Assembly: GCF_006345805.1 (NCBI RefSeq)
Contig: NC_043000.1
Location: forward strand, 57,474,001-57,538,000
DNA: 64,000 nucleotides
Reading direction: 5' to 3'
DNA from: Octopus sinensis
Lineage: Eukaryota
A program made the position numbers and the translations under genes. Positions 24,304-36,387 of this stretch are shown here, piece after piece. Under the pieces are notes generated by a model. The model searched no databases, was not told where the DNA came from, and saw only the letters and a list, made by a program, of their open reading frames with translations. Within the stretch, counting starts at the first letter, position 1; every line of letters starts with the position of its first letter.

Positions 24304-27176
24304 CGTACCTAGATAAGAAATGGGCTACTGCGAGAAAAATAAGAGGCGAGTTGCTTTGACTAGACATTGATCAGACGATGATTGTTGTGATGATAATGGT
24401 AAAGACTGAGAAAGAGGTCAAGCATAATTGGCCTTTCGGTGTATCGAGCATTGATACAAGTAAGAGTAGACACTACAGGTGTAGAAAGTTTAGCGTAACA
24501 AATAAATCGGCCTGTTTGTCAGTAACTGGAGAATCAGGTGGCATTTGAAGATTTCAATAAAAAGTGAGATGACATATATTGATACTATAACATTATTTGA
24601 GACAGCTGAATCTCTCGTTCGTAATTGTAATTTGGTATCAGCAAAATACAAAAATATTTGGATGGCACTAGCACATCATTGCAAGGAATGTGTCATAAAA
24701 GTATCCAAAGATCGCAACTGAGTAGGTGTTATTACTACAAGTACTATTGTAAAGTTTTAATCAAGATGTCAGTAATCTAATTATCTACACATACACGTTA
24801 ATATAGAGAAAACTGAAGTTATTTGCAAAGAATTTTAACCTTTTTCAAAAAGACACCTGTAGCAAATATTGTTCAGCCGTAAGTTGCAAAATATATTTTA
24901 TTGTATGAAAATCAAAATAGAAATACCTCTCCTATATTTTCAAACTGAAACGAACAATTATTTTAAATAAGCCCGCGCATTGAACTATTTGATATTTTGC
25001 TATAAAATCTGTTTTCCTAATATTATTTATTCAGATGCCTCAGGGTTTTAGAGAAAAAAAAAAAAAGAGAAAACAATTGCATGTCAACAGTGAACAATCC
25101 TTTTTTTTTTATAGTGGGATATTCTGTAGTTTGCCGCGCTTTTGATCCAGCAGCGACATATTTTCATGTACTGGTCTATACACTCCATACGCTTAATAAT
25201 TGTGGCTGCGTGCCTATGTTTGAAAACAATCTAAGAACAGCTGAACAGTTACTGTTAATCATTATGACAGTTTTTATTATCAGCAGAGATAATAATAACA
25301 TACATAACACGTATGTATGTGAAAAAGAAAAAAGCGGAAAAAGGAACAAAGAAAGAAGTGCCTCAATTGGTTACAGGCGATGGCGAGACTAAAGTATTGA
25401 ACAGCCAAGTACCCACACCGGCATCTCCTGACACCACGTTAACGCGAGCCGCTTGTTTCTCGGAAATTATAATAAATACAGCAATACAGATTACTGTTGT
25501 TAAGCTTCATGTGTAACCTGATCGGGCGGGATTTCGATCAAAAGCGTTTCATTCATGACAAGGTTGTTTAGTTTACAGTCATTAGTGTATGTGCCTCTCA
25601 GACTTTATTCAATGTGCCTTTTTTTTAACGATAAAGCGTGAGAAATTTTATCAGCTATTTCCAAAGGTAGAGTGATCATGCTGGGGCTTCTCCTTTGGCT
25701 CAATATTAAAAGCTTGTTGAAGGTGTTCCAAGTCTAGTGGTAACTTGAAGACATTTTTGACGGAATTAAATGTTAAAAAACTGCAGAGTGGTATAAATGA
25801 ATAACGATATTTATTGACACCAGTGATGACATACAAATGTGGGGCCAGGGGCCTTTACTCACACCATAACAAAGATAACAATAAGGGGATACCAAATGTA
25901 CTAATAATTGATAGCAGAATTGTGTCTGACAAAATGCTATGGAGACATTCAAGTTGCGACGTCAAATTCCGCTAAGTTCCTCCTGAGCCGATAAACAAAG
26001 TAGCAGTGAAATATTTGATAGTCTATATATTCGAGGTAGAAATCTTCCCTTTAAATTAACTAACCCTAAACCAAAACACCGGGTGTGCGTATTCTTTACC
26101 TTCACCGAAAAAGTTTGGTTTCTGATAGACAATCAATCGTAAAGCTTTGAAGCAGTACTAATCATATTTTCTATGCGACGAAAGATTTCCGGACAATGGA
26201 CAAGTTAAATAAGAACAGTAATAAACGAGTGAAGAACGAATATACAGTGCGTGTTTATTTGGCAAAAGAAAAAAAAATTACCACCCCGAAATTCAACAAT
26301 ATGATGTTTCAACACAAATTCATAAACGTCAATATATCATATATCCGAAAAAGAAGCACCCACACATTTCAAACTGACCATTTTGATTAATTTTCGAATA
26401 AAGTTTATTTTGACCTTTCTTCCCTTCCATCTCGGACAACTGTGATATCCTTACTTATATACATCCAGTGCTGTACATAAGGCAGGGACACTGGTGCAGT
26501 TGCCTATGGTAGTGGGGCTCCTCGGGTCTAGGGACCCAGTGCTAAACTATGCATGCTGTGTATAAGGAAGCCCATAGCATTGCTTTGACCGAGAGTGATG
26601 CTATAATGTGGTTAAGACAGTCCTATGCACACCACTATTGACCTCTTCAGTCTCTACGTGAGCTAATCTTCCACTCTACAACCAGTTTCAATTCCATATA
26701 TAAAGTAATGGCCAAGCTGTAAAAGTGGGGCACCAAACAGTATTCAAATTCTAGCGGGATTGATAAAACAATGCCAGTTGTGTAATAAAAGCCGATTAAA
26801 TCAATAATTTAACAACTGGCCTCTGCAGTGAGCTGATTTGGAAATTGATTTCAAGTCAAATTAGGGCAGGCCTTATTGTCTTTCTGAAAGATTTTATAAA
26901 CCTAACGCGTCGTTTCTGCGTAATGAAGTTAGAAATATACACACACGCACACAAATATGCCTATGTCTACTTATACATTCATGATATTAAATGTATATGC
27001 ATATATCTACTGCACGGGGAATTAATTTTCTGTAGGTTTTTAGTCGGGTTAAAATGCTTTAATACACATAAAAAAATAAAAAATGACCGCAACATTTAAT
27101 AACGCCACTTCATTTCTACACACACCTATGTATACATCCATATGTGCGTATATTTGTGTATAACTAGTCCAATTAC

Positions 27177-27237
27177 CTTTTACCTTGCCATGAGCATTTT
27201 TGCGATCTTTCGTCACCTTGTCCATTGTTTTTTGCAT
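27177..27237 (-). CDS. STPG1: STPG1 probable first coding exon (61 bp, ends phase 1)
   Basis: ATG at 27237, MQKTMDKVTKDRKNAHGKVK+G, donor AAAG|gtaatt gives the phase 1 that exon 2 needs; X-box 180 bp upstream; sequence itself poorly conserved. Confidence 0.65.
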
Positions 27238-27348
27238 GTTTCCGTTATATTTGTAAAGTTGCTTTTAGAAGCGTAATTGAAGAGTAATTTACACGGTAAC
27301 TACTCGTATAGTAAGCAATAAGAGTATTATGCCATATGTTTACTTCAG

Positions 27349-27359
27349 TTTGCGCCAAA
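27349..27359 (-). promoter_or_regulatory. E2F-type site TTTGGCGC(AAA)
   Basis: tttgcgccaaa on plus = TTTGGCGCAAA on minus, matching TTTSSCGC; lies between the two start codons. Confidence 0.5.
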
Positions 27360-27416
27360 TATTTGTTAAAATCGTTATACGTTACGAAAGAAATTGTGTA
27401 TTAATATCATAACATC

Positions 27417-27430
27417 GTTGCTAGAGCAAC
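27417..27430. promoter_or_regulatory. RFX X-box GTTGCT-AG-AGCAAC
   Basis: Perfectly inverted 6-bp half sites with 2-nt spacer, 180 bp upstream of the STPG1 ATG; X-boxes are typical of ciliary gene promoters. Confidence 0.7.
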
Positions 27431-27953
27431 CGATTCAGAGTTGTGTTCAGAACAACTAATTTGAATTGGCGTCGACTTGTTTGTGATGCTAATATAACTA
27501 AATCTTAAGTTTTTTTTGTGTGTTTACTATTATTATTATTAATATTTAATGGGTAATTTTCCATCCTGTTTATAAAGGATATTATTTTTTTTTGCGAGTT
27601 GTTTATTAAGTGCTGGCATCTCCTCTCCGATTGGGTGCTTCTTAAATTTAGGCGCCGAATCGTCAGTAAACGCGGTTATATTAAATCGCTAAGTGTTACT
27701 GATATCGCATATACAATCTAGCCGTCGTCCGATTCGCATTTTCTATCGGAGCTCATTCCTTAAGCTCACTTCTCTTTTTGTCTTTCCAATCCCCTTCGCT
27801 TATTTCGGCATTTTAATCTTTCTCTTTATTTTCGATAATTCGAATATCTATCACGAAATAACTTTTAAATTTCATTATCCATTCCAATTTCTCTAATTAT
27901 TTGTACACTTTTTTCGTATTGCCGTATCTCTGCATTATTTCTCTACCATCATA

Positions 27954-28004
27954 ATGAGCTTAGAACCTGTCCTCTACAAGATGAGCATAAACGACGAGAA
28001 CCAG
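27954..28004 (+). CDS. RRM2: RRM2 coding exon 1 (51 bp)
   Basis: ataATGagc; MSLEPVLYKMSINDENQ; CAG|gtatat; phase 0. Confidence 0.72.
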
Positions 28005-30014
28005 GTATATATTATTTTATTTTTAATTTAGTATATTTCCTATTCTGCATTTTCAATTGTTTCTCTATTTCTTTTTTTTTACAGTTTCACAGTTCTGAGT
28101 TTTCTTTGTTGAGTTGGAGGATTTTAGAGGAAACCTGAAATTTGTAATCAACTTAAATAATTGCCTTTGAAATTTAGCAGATAATTTCAAGCTTCTTGTG
28201 GAATCGAGGCAAGCCCTGCAGTTACAAAATAAAACATACCAGAGAATACAAAGGCTTGCAGGAAATGGTTTCAGCGGAATTCTTGTTTTAAGCATCCTAT
28301 ATAAACCCTCGTAACTTATTTATGTTTTGGTATTTTCCGAAAATTTTTGCGAATTAGTGTTATAGCCAGAAATTTGGACTGTTTTAAGCTTAAAGAAAAA
28401 AGAAACGAAAACGTGGAACTTTTAGGATTTTTTTCGGCGGTGGAGTGGGGTGGGGGAGTCTAAATAATTAAAAAAGAGAAAATTTATCGTAATTGTATGA
28501 ATTCCCGTGTTAAACACATTCGCAAAAGTCTTCTGAAAATTCCCCAAAATAAGAAAGTTGAGGTTATATGGGGTACTCAAACCAGAATTCCGCCAAATGG
28601 TTTCCCTCCAAAAGTCAACAAGTAACTAACGATCAAGATTATATAATAACGCTAATCTGAATTTCTTCACATCACACTTTCCGATTCTCAAATTATTTAT
28701 CCGATATATTTTCTGAATCAATTTTCATTAAGGCAAGCATTTTGGCTTAAATAGATAACGATTTATGGAGGGAAAATTCGTTTCCTCTCTCTCCAGCTCT
28801 AATGAAGTATTTGTCTGATTCCTAAGCCCTTGTTTTGTTCTTTATTTAAATATTTGCAATTGAATTTGTGAAGCTAAAATTATCTTGATAATTATCTATA
28901 TAATGCTTGAAGCCCGAACTCATTTCTTAGAACCTATGTAAAGAATCTGCAATTTCCATGCATTTAAGAACTACTTTTAAAATATTCGATTTAATTGTAA
29001 TCTGATACTACTTAATGTCATTTTTGGAGTCTTGAGTATATGATTTTGCAAGTTTCTACTCGAGCACTCCGGAACGAACTACAGAAATGCTATCTATCTT
29101 GAACAAAACTGAAGTGATTATATATTTCCCGAATTTTGTTTTTTTCCAGACTTAAACCTAGCAGTACCAATGTTCGATTTACTAGAAAAAGCCACATCTC
29201 CCAAATTCTGGATATGCAGAATCCCGCGTATCATCTGCGATTTTGTTAATACATATTTTTTAAGTGAAATTTTACTGAGATCACTTTCGAAGGTGTAGAT
29301 TAAGATGTATCGATATTAAGGTAGCCTATATCAAACTCCATTCTTCACCAAGTGCCACATATTAGAGGAGGCTCTGAGTAATAACAGTGTAGCAAAACGG
29401 CGGTGCATCAGCATGGCCACAGCTCTGAGCTGAAACTAGAGAAAAAAAATTTTAATCTTTTGTTTTAACTAAGAAAAGCTCATGCTTTGATTTTTTTTTT
29501 TTTTTTTTTTAAACATTCAATGACTTGCTAATGATCATTTCCTTATACATTAAGCAGAGTTCAGCTTACTTTAATACAAATGGAAAGGTGTATCCCGTCT
29601 TATAAAAGATTTTTTAATTCAACACAATCGTAATTCACACCTTAGAAAAACTTGAATGGAAAATTTCAATAAAATACAAGATTAAGAAAAAGCTGAAGAA
29701 AAAAAATCTAGAGTGGGGCCTCAAATTGGATATATTCCACCGTAGTGTTTTCCTTCATGACTGAAATTTTGCAACAATGCGTTTTCGAAGGTTTAAAATA
29801 CGATTGGGGCACCGTCTTGAACTTTTTTAGTCGACTGAATCGACTCCAGTACCTTTTTTTTTTTTTTTTTAGAAGCTTGGTAACATTTTTCCGAACTGCT
29901 AATTTACGGGGACGTAAACACCAGTACCGGTTGTCAAGCAGCGGAGGCAAACACAACAGGCTTTCAGTTTTCGTCTACCTAATCCACTCGGGGCTACACT
30001 TGAAGACGTTGGTA

Positions 30015-30119
30015 CTACGAGCGAATACTGGTCCTGGTGCGCGCAGTCGCGCGTCCGGGATCGACTACTTACGACTAGCTTGCGCGTGTGCGCGCACCGG
30101 GACCAGTGTTCGCTAGTAG
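30015..30119. repeat. GC-rich inverted repeat with nested mini-hairpins
   Basis: agcgaatactggtcctggtgcgcgca (30020-30045) vs tgcgcgcaccgggaccagtgttcgct (30089-30114), 24/26 complementary. Confidence 0.85.
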
Positions 30120-31208
30120 ACCCCCATTTTCTCCCAAATTTGTTTATTTTTGTAATTTTTTTTCTGCCAAAAAAACTCCGTTTTCAGATACAAAAGGCTC
30201 GGGGAAAATTGCCCAAAATCGGCCTTGTGCCCCCCCCCCCCCTTCAATTTTGACTTTTCCTTAACCCTAAAACCATAACCGTATGTACAGAAATGTTTTG
30301 AAATTTCAGTCCGAATCATGATGTCCGTATTTTTCCGCATATTTTGAAAAAAAGTTAAAAATAAGGAAATGGGGGTGGGGGTAATTTAGAAATGTTGATT
30401 TTTGCCAAATTTTTTGCAGATTCGTATTCCCCGTAGCCGGAAAGTGGGGTTTGTGTTGAAAAAAAATTTTTTTAAAGAGTGATTTTTTTTTTTGTGTGTG
30501 TGTATCCTGCGATCAGTATCCTGAATATCTTGTGTAATGATAACTAACAGATTGAGTGTTTTCAAAGGTACCTTGGCAGTCCCTCGTTATTGGTATAGAC
30601 AGATAAAGAAGCTAAGGCTGAAGAGGGTGAATGGCGTCGTTTTCGTATACCGACACTAGAACAATATCGAAGAATCGCCAGTGCTTTTGAAAAATTGATT
30701 GGAAAAAATTTGCCAGCATAATCGTATTATTTGAGAGATGAGGAATTATGTACTTTGGATATTTGTCCTCTTGTTAACACATAAAAGATGAGGACAAATA
30801 TCCGTCAAATGTAAATAATCGTAGTTGTTACACCTTCATAAATATGATATGCGAAATTTCATAAACTATACGTTATGAAAGTTCTTGCCAAACTTAACTC
30901 ATATGCCTCTTGTCGCCCTTGGTTAGCAATCTGAACTTAGCAAAAACCTTATCTTACTTGCCTAATACGTAAAAGCGAAAGTACGAAAATTTTAAATGTT
31001 GTAGTTAGAAAGCACCTTTGAATTTCTAGACTCGGTTGGTTATTGGACATCAGTCATGTGAAGCTCAAAGCTGAAATAGTCGATTCAGCTTTTATAGAAA
31101 TCACTCGGCGTGTTCTGTCCGGACATCTTTTTCTCAAGTTCATTTATCTTTTGCACCGCTTTCGTCGTTTATTCTTGGAGTTGATGACATATCTCTTCTC
31201 ATTTCCAG

Positions 31209-31265
31209 GTGCCCATGCATCGTTCACCATCCAAAAGAAAAGTACTCGGAGAAAGTCAACAACAG
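31209..31265 (+). CDS. RRM2: RRM2 coding exon 2 (57 bp)
   Basis: tttccag|GTG ... CAG|gtaatt; VPMHRSPSKRKVLGESQQQ; phase 0/0; not in the ORF track. Confidence 0.78.
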
Positions 31266-33559
31266 GTAATTAACAGTTAATATCTAGATCCGCACCCGGT
31301 GGAAAAAATGGAAACGCAATTAACCATTTAAAAAAATTTCTTGAATATACATCCTTTTAAGATGTCGAACTATGGCATCCTTTTATACGTTCAACGTTTT
31401 CCGTGATTGCATAACTAGATACCCTAATTTTCGAATGTTCTAAAATTTTTCTCTGATTTTTATATTTGTATTTATACAATTACATAATAATTTCGTTAAA
31501 ATTGTCATTTTCGAATGATGAAGCCTTTATTACCATAATTATAAGTAGCTATATCTGCACGCGCGCTTGTATATATTATTTATTTTACTTGTCATTTGAC
31601 TGCGGCCATGCTGGAGCACCGCCTTAAAGGTTTTTTTAGTCGAAGAAATCAAATCCATGACATTCTTTGTAAGCATAGTACTTATTCTATTGGTCATTCT
31701 TTCTGAAACACTAAGTTGCGGGGACGTAAACACATCAACATCGGTTATCAAGCAATGGTGGAGGGACGTGCTTCTTTCACTTTTCATCTACCCGATCCAC
31801 TGGAGGTTATAGAAGACACTTGCCCAAGGTACTATAGTGGGATTGAAATGGAAAAAAAAAATTTGGCATCACTCAAACGAATATAAACAGATGGTGACGG
31901 AATTCTGTTTTAAGTACCCCATACAAACCCAACTTTTTATTTTGGGATTTTCAGAAAATTTTTGCGAATTTGTATTCTACACACGGGAATTCATACGACT
32001 GAAAATTTTTTTTACCAGTTATAGATAAGGACAGTCCGAATTTTTTGCTTAAATCTTAGCAGTAGACCATCGTCAGAGACAAACGAGGAGAGTATCAAGT
32101 GGTCGCTTTTGTATAATCGTATGAATTCTCGTGTGTAGTACACAAATTGACAAAAGTTTTCTGAAATTATCAAACAATGAAAGTAATGAGGGGTGATATG
32201 AATGGCGTGATTAAAGCAGAATTCCGCCCAGATAGTGTTTCATATTTTTCTGACTTATCTCGCCAACGACAGGATACCGAGCTTATGAATTATTTACTCA
32301 AGTGTCCTGAGCTAGTTGTGTACCGAGGTCGATCTAATCGACTGGCCTCTCCCCCAAAATTTCGGGCCTTGTGCCTAAAGTAGAAAAGAATATCATCTAT
32401 GTGCGTGGCTATTCTAGAAGCGGCTATACAGGACTGTATTATCTAAATTAAATGTTTTCCGGTGTTGCCAAATGTTTGTTTTGCTTCATCCCAGCCTCCA
32501 TTTTCAGTTGCTGGTCAAACCGGAATTTTAGTTGTAAATTGAACCGAGCACTATGTACTATATACACACTGAGGCATCGGTCAATTCGTGACTTGAGAGA
32601 TTGATGGAAAGTGCACATATTCGTCGAGTAGTGAGTGCTTATTTAAATAAATCGGCAATAACCAATGAAGTTCTTTTTCCTTCATTTGTTTTTTTTTATA
32701 AAATGCATACATGCACACCTATAAACAATTTTTGGTCAAAACTAATTGAGCTAGTGGAACTCGATGCACAAGAAAAGTCACTTCATTCTGTATTTTTCTT
32801 CTCTCCACAAAGGAAACACGTGTAATTCAGTGTTTACATTGTCCTTGAGAAACGGAAGTTCACATTGTACATTGATTCTGTTGACTAATGTTTTCTTACG
32901 TACCTAATATTTCTGAATGCTGCAAACTTTAGTGGGACAATAAGTTATGGATAAACATCATTAATTTTTCTAAACTGCTCCAGTTTTGTTTGAAAATTGA
33001 AACCGGCATGCTCCCGAAAGTGTTAAAGAGTTTTTGTTAAAATTCGTGTGCAATAAACTGGTTACACTTTTACAATACACAAAATATTCGATTTTTTTAA
33101 ATACAATTCCTATTAACATTTAATTCTAAAAATGAGATTTTTAAAAATATCGAATGGCTGTTGAAGGTCCACCTGAGTAAAATAGGAATGGCATTCTTTC
33201 GGCTTTAACAGCATTAATTTGCTTTTGAAGTGAGAGATGAAAGGAGAAAGTGAATGATGGGGGCTAATGCAGAATCGCACCTCTCCTTGAAAAATGCTTT
33301 TTGGCTTATGTTTAAGATGTCTGAGATTACAAATAAGCAAAAAAAAAGAAAGAAAAATGTTTATGAAAGAGCACGTGCGTGCGTGGTTTTCAGCTCTAAT
33401 TGTAGTATTAATGTATAAGGGGCTAGGGTTCGTTCTTACCTGCTTCATTTCTTTCATAAAAGGTCAGAAGTTTATTATTTAGCATTCTGAATTTCCCAGA
33501 GCTAAATAAAACTGACATTTTAGGATTAACATATGCATAAACACACATATACACTTACA

Positions 33560-34660
33560 CAATTTTGTGTTTCAACCCTAAAGCTGTGGCCAGTGTAATT
33601 GCCTTTTAAATGGCCAATCCTATGATTGGCTTTTGGTGAAGGAGTTTGACACTATTGCTCTTTGAGTTTATTGCCTTGATATTGCTTCCTGTTGGATCTT
33701 GGATAGCAAGAGGTCAAGTTGTTTCTTGAAAACACCTACACCCACTCCATGGAGAGCTATATGTTTTGCCAAGGTGTTATAACTGTTGGCCTTTGAATCC
33801 CAAGCTATTGCAGTATATGGTTCTCATTTTTGGTGGGACAGCTGGTTCCTTTAGAAGAGTGCAGTGACGTCCAATTTGGGGGCTGGTATTACTCAATTTC
33901 AGCTTGGTGCCAGCCCATCCAGTATCTCCCACATGTATGTTACTGCATACCTCTCCTGTCTGCTCTAGGGAGTAGTCGTAGCTCTCTCAGTAGCTCAGCT
34001 ATTCCATTGATGCAATCTTCTTTGTGTAATGTTGCTTAACTGCGCCAGTTCTGCTATTAATCTGACACTGTCGGGTGACCACAGTTGAGAGCAGTAGTCC
34101 AAACGGCTGAGAACAAATATCCTCCATAGGACCAGCATGCCTTTTTGGCTAGTAACACACATTGTGCCCATCCTGGATCCTTTTTTGTTTGAGGTGGTTG
34201 TGAATATTGGTATGTGTTCCTTGCACTAGATGTCTGAAGCCAGGTCAACTGCCTAGCAATCTTTTGTGCAACCTCCAAAAAGAGACTGTTCACCATCCAC
34301 ATATTTTCATGGTGGTGGTGGCATTGTATCTTGTGACCTGACTTGTTGGATGCTGTTCTTCCCAGTCTTTGGGCAAGTGGAATGAGTACTGCTCATATGG
34401 GATTTGGGTTGAGCAAATCTGCTGCCTGTCCCAATGTCAGCAGGTACCCTTTACATAGAACTTGCAGACTAGTTTGGTTTCCTTTTTTTACCAGAGCCAT
34501 TGCCTTTGCATATTCTATTTAGTTTTCCTTGTGAACCCATCTTGGGCCCACATCCATTCTCAGCTTACTTGTATGTATGTGTGTGATTCCTACACTCTAG
34601 ATTAAACAGGTACATATAAAGTGTTGGACAGTTTTATTTAGCCCTGGGAAATTTATGCTG
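33560..34660 (-). mobile_element. Degenerate CR1/L2-type LINE 3' remnant
   Basis: Minus-strand FVLSRLDYCSQLWSP followed by a frameshifted SY.E...YSLE..ERY-like segment; boundaries approximate. Confidence 0.65.
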
Positions 34661-34989
34661 AAGAGTTTAGACTCCTGACTGTCTCTTGTGAAACAAATGA
34701 AGCAGGTAAGAACGAACCATAGCCACTTAAATATACATGCAAAAAAAAAAATGCATACGAGAACACACCTTCACTCTCGCATTCAAAAAAGATGTCTGCA
34801 TATGTATTTATGTATGTACGTGTATATGAAAGATAATAGGTGCACGTGTGTGTGACTGACTACAGATACATAGAGCTGAACACAGTGCATGCATACACAC
34901 AAATAGACGTATACCCACTCTTTCATATACACATACATTTTTCACTTTCTCTTCTCACTTCAAAGCAAATGTTGCCTTCCATGTCATGG

Positions 34990-35237
34990 AAACAAGCACT
35001 CAGTGCAAACCTCTACCAAGGCAACACCAACGTCCTCTCAATGAAAAATAGTCCTTGTCTGGTACCAGATCGATCTCAAAATCTAATCAGTTCATGCCAG
35101 TCACAAGGCCAAACATCCCTGAAAGTTACATCTGAACCCATCCAGTGGTTTTTGAGATATCTTGTACATAGACAGACAAACAAGCAATGTCTGAAAACAA
35201 TACCTCTGCCTTTGCTAAGGCGAGTGGGAGGTAATAA
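34990..35237 (+). mobile_element. Non-autonomous Helentron/HINE-like element
   Basis: 5' subterminal aacctctacc motif and 3' imperfect hairpin acctctgcctt...aaggcgagtgggaggt followed by aataa; classification from general structure only. Confidence 0.5.
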
Positions 35238-36117
35238 AAAAAATTTACAGAACTTAATGAACGGTCCAGCTGATAGTTTGACATTTATGCTGCTAATGCC
35301 GAAAGAATGCCATAGAAATTGGAGTCCATAGGTAAAAAAAAAATGGTCGAGAACCATTGCTCTGTATCAGCTGATGCTTTATATTACAGTTGTAGAAATC
35401 TATTAATTTGTGACCTTGTGCCAATATAACTTTTGTAACCATTAATTTGTTGTATAATTTTTCCTCTTTTTTTCTTTTCAGAATATTATTACTGTTCCTC
35501 AAGAGCAGGTAATGTTACAATTTCAAAACTTTATTGGTGAATCATGAATTATCATTAATAGTTTGTTAGAACAAGAACATTAGTAGTGGGGTGTCTTAGT
35601 TAATATGAAATTAAGTTCACTGAACTTTCTACCTAGTGCAGTTTGTGGCTGCCCATTTTTATTAGTTAGGATTTTTTATTTTTGTCTTTTAACATATCTA
35701 TATATTCTATGACAGTTTTCAAGATGGGTTGATGATAGTGTTATATTTGGGGCAGGTGAGTTACTGGGGTGGCTCCAGGGCTTTTTTCTATAGTTTGTAT
35801 TGTCGTTGCCGCTCTTGCTTTGAGTGTGCACTATAGGTAATAATAGTGATTGTTAGATGAGAAGACTGAGCTTAAAAACCAGCCCCTCAAGCAATTCTTC
35901 TGTGTAAACAGATTGGTTGATAACACTGAAGAGTAAAATGCCAGCCAATTCAAATTCATATTTCTATCTATTGTTCATTTGGGGTTAATCACTTGTTTAT
36001 GGATATTTCCAGTTATGTTAAATCAAAGAATAGAAACTTGCATGGGTGTGGAATTACAATTCAATTATCTGACATTCATATTTTGAATATGTTTTTATCC
36101 TTTTTTGTTCACTTTAG

Positions 36118-36387
36118 ATCCTCAAGAAGGATGAGAAAATGACTAAGAAAGTTGAGGTAGAGCCCCTGTTACAAGAAAGCTCAAACCGTTTTGTAATGTT
36201 TCCTATTCAATATCAAGACATATGGAGCATGTATAAGAAAGCTGTTGCTTCTTTCTGGACTGTAGAAGAGGTTGATTTATCGAAGGATTTGGTTCACTGG
36301 GAGAAATTAAAAACTGATGAACAGCATTTCATTTCTCATGTCTTGGCTTTTTTTGCTGCAAGTGATGGAATTGTCAATGAAAACTTG
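36118..36387 (+). CDS. RRM2: RRM2 coding exon 3 (270 bp)
   Basis: ctttag|ATC ... TTG|gtaaga; [22 protein letters not shown]...[13 protein letters not shown]. Confidence 0.97.

Larger units (their letters stand above)
7428..27237 (-). other. STPG1: STPG1-like gene (sperm-tail PG-rich repeat protein 1), 5' portion; 4 coding exons in window
   Basis: Joined exons give MQKTMDKVTKDRKNAHGKVK-GTELITTTATIPSKYQTVVIVESDKKGFLTTAKRFKNIA-NDIPGPGKYETLSEFESNSASYSKKGTGGLASM-SKRRF...NTKRDFN...PAPNQYQ, which resembles human STPG1 as I recall it (SIPFKSQ..SEKKGFNSQAKRF..NDIPGPG..SKKGT..KRDF..PAPNYY). Confidence 0.85.

Noticed and set aside
25081-25516. Plus-strand ORFs of 103 and 67 aa
   Set aside because: No recognisable domain, no clear splice or start context; antisense within STPG1 intron 1
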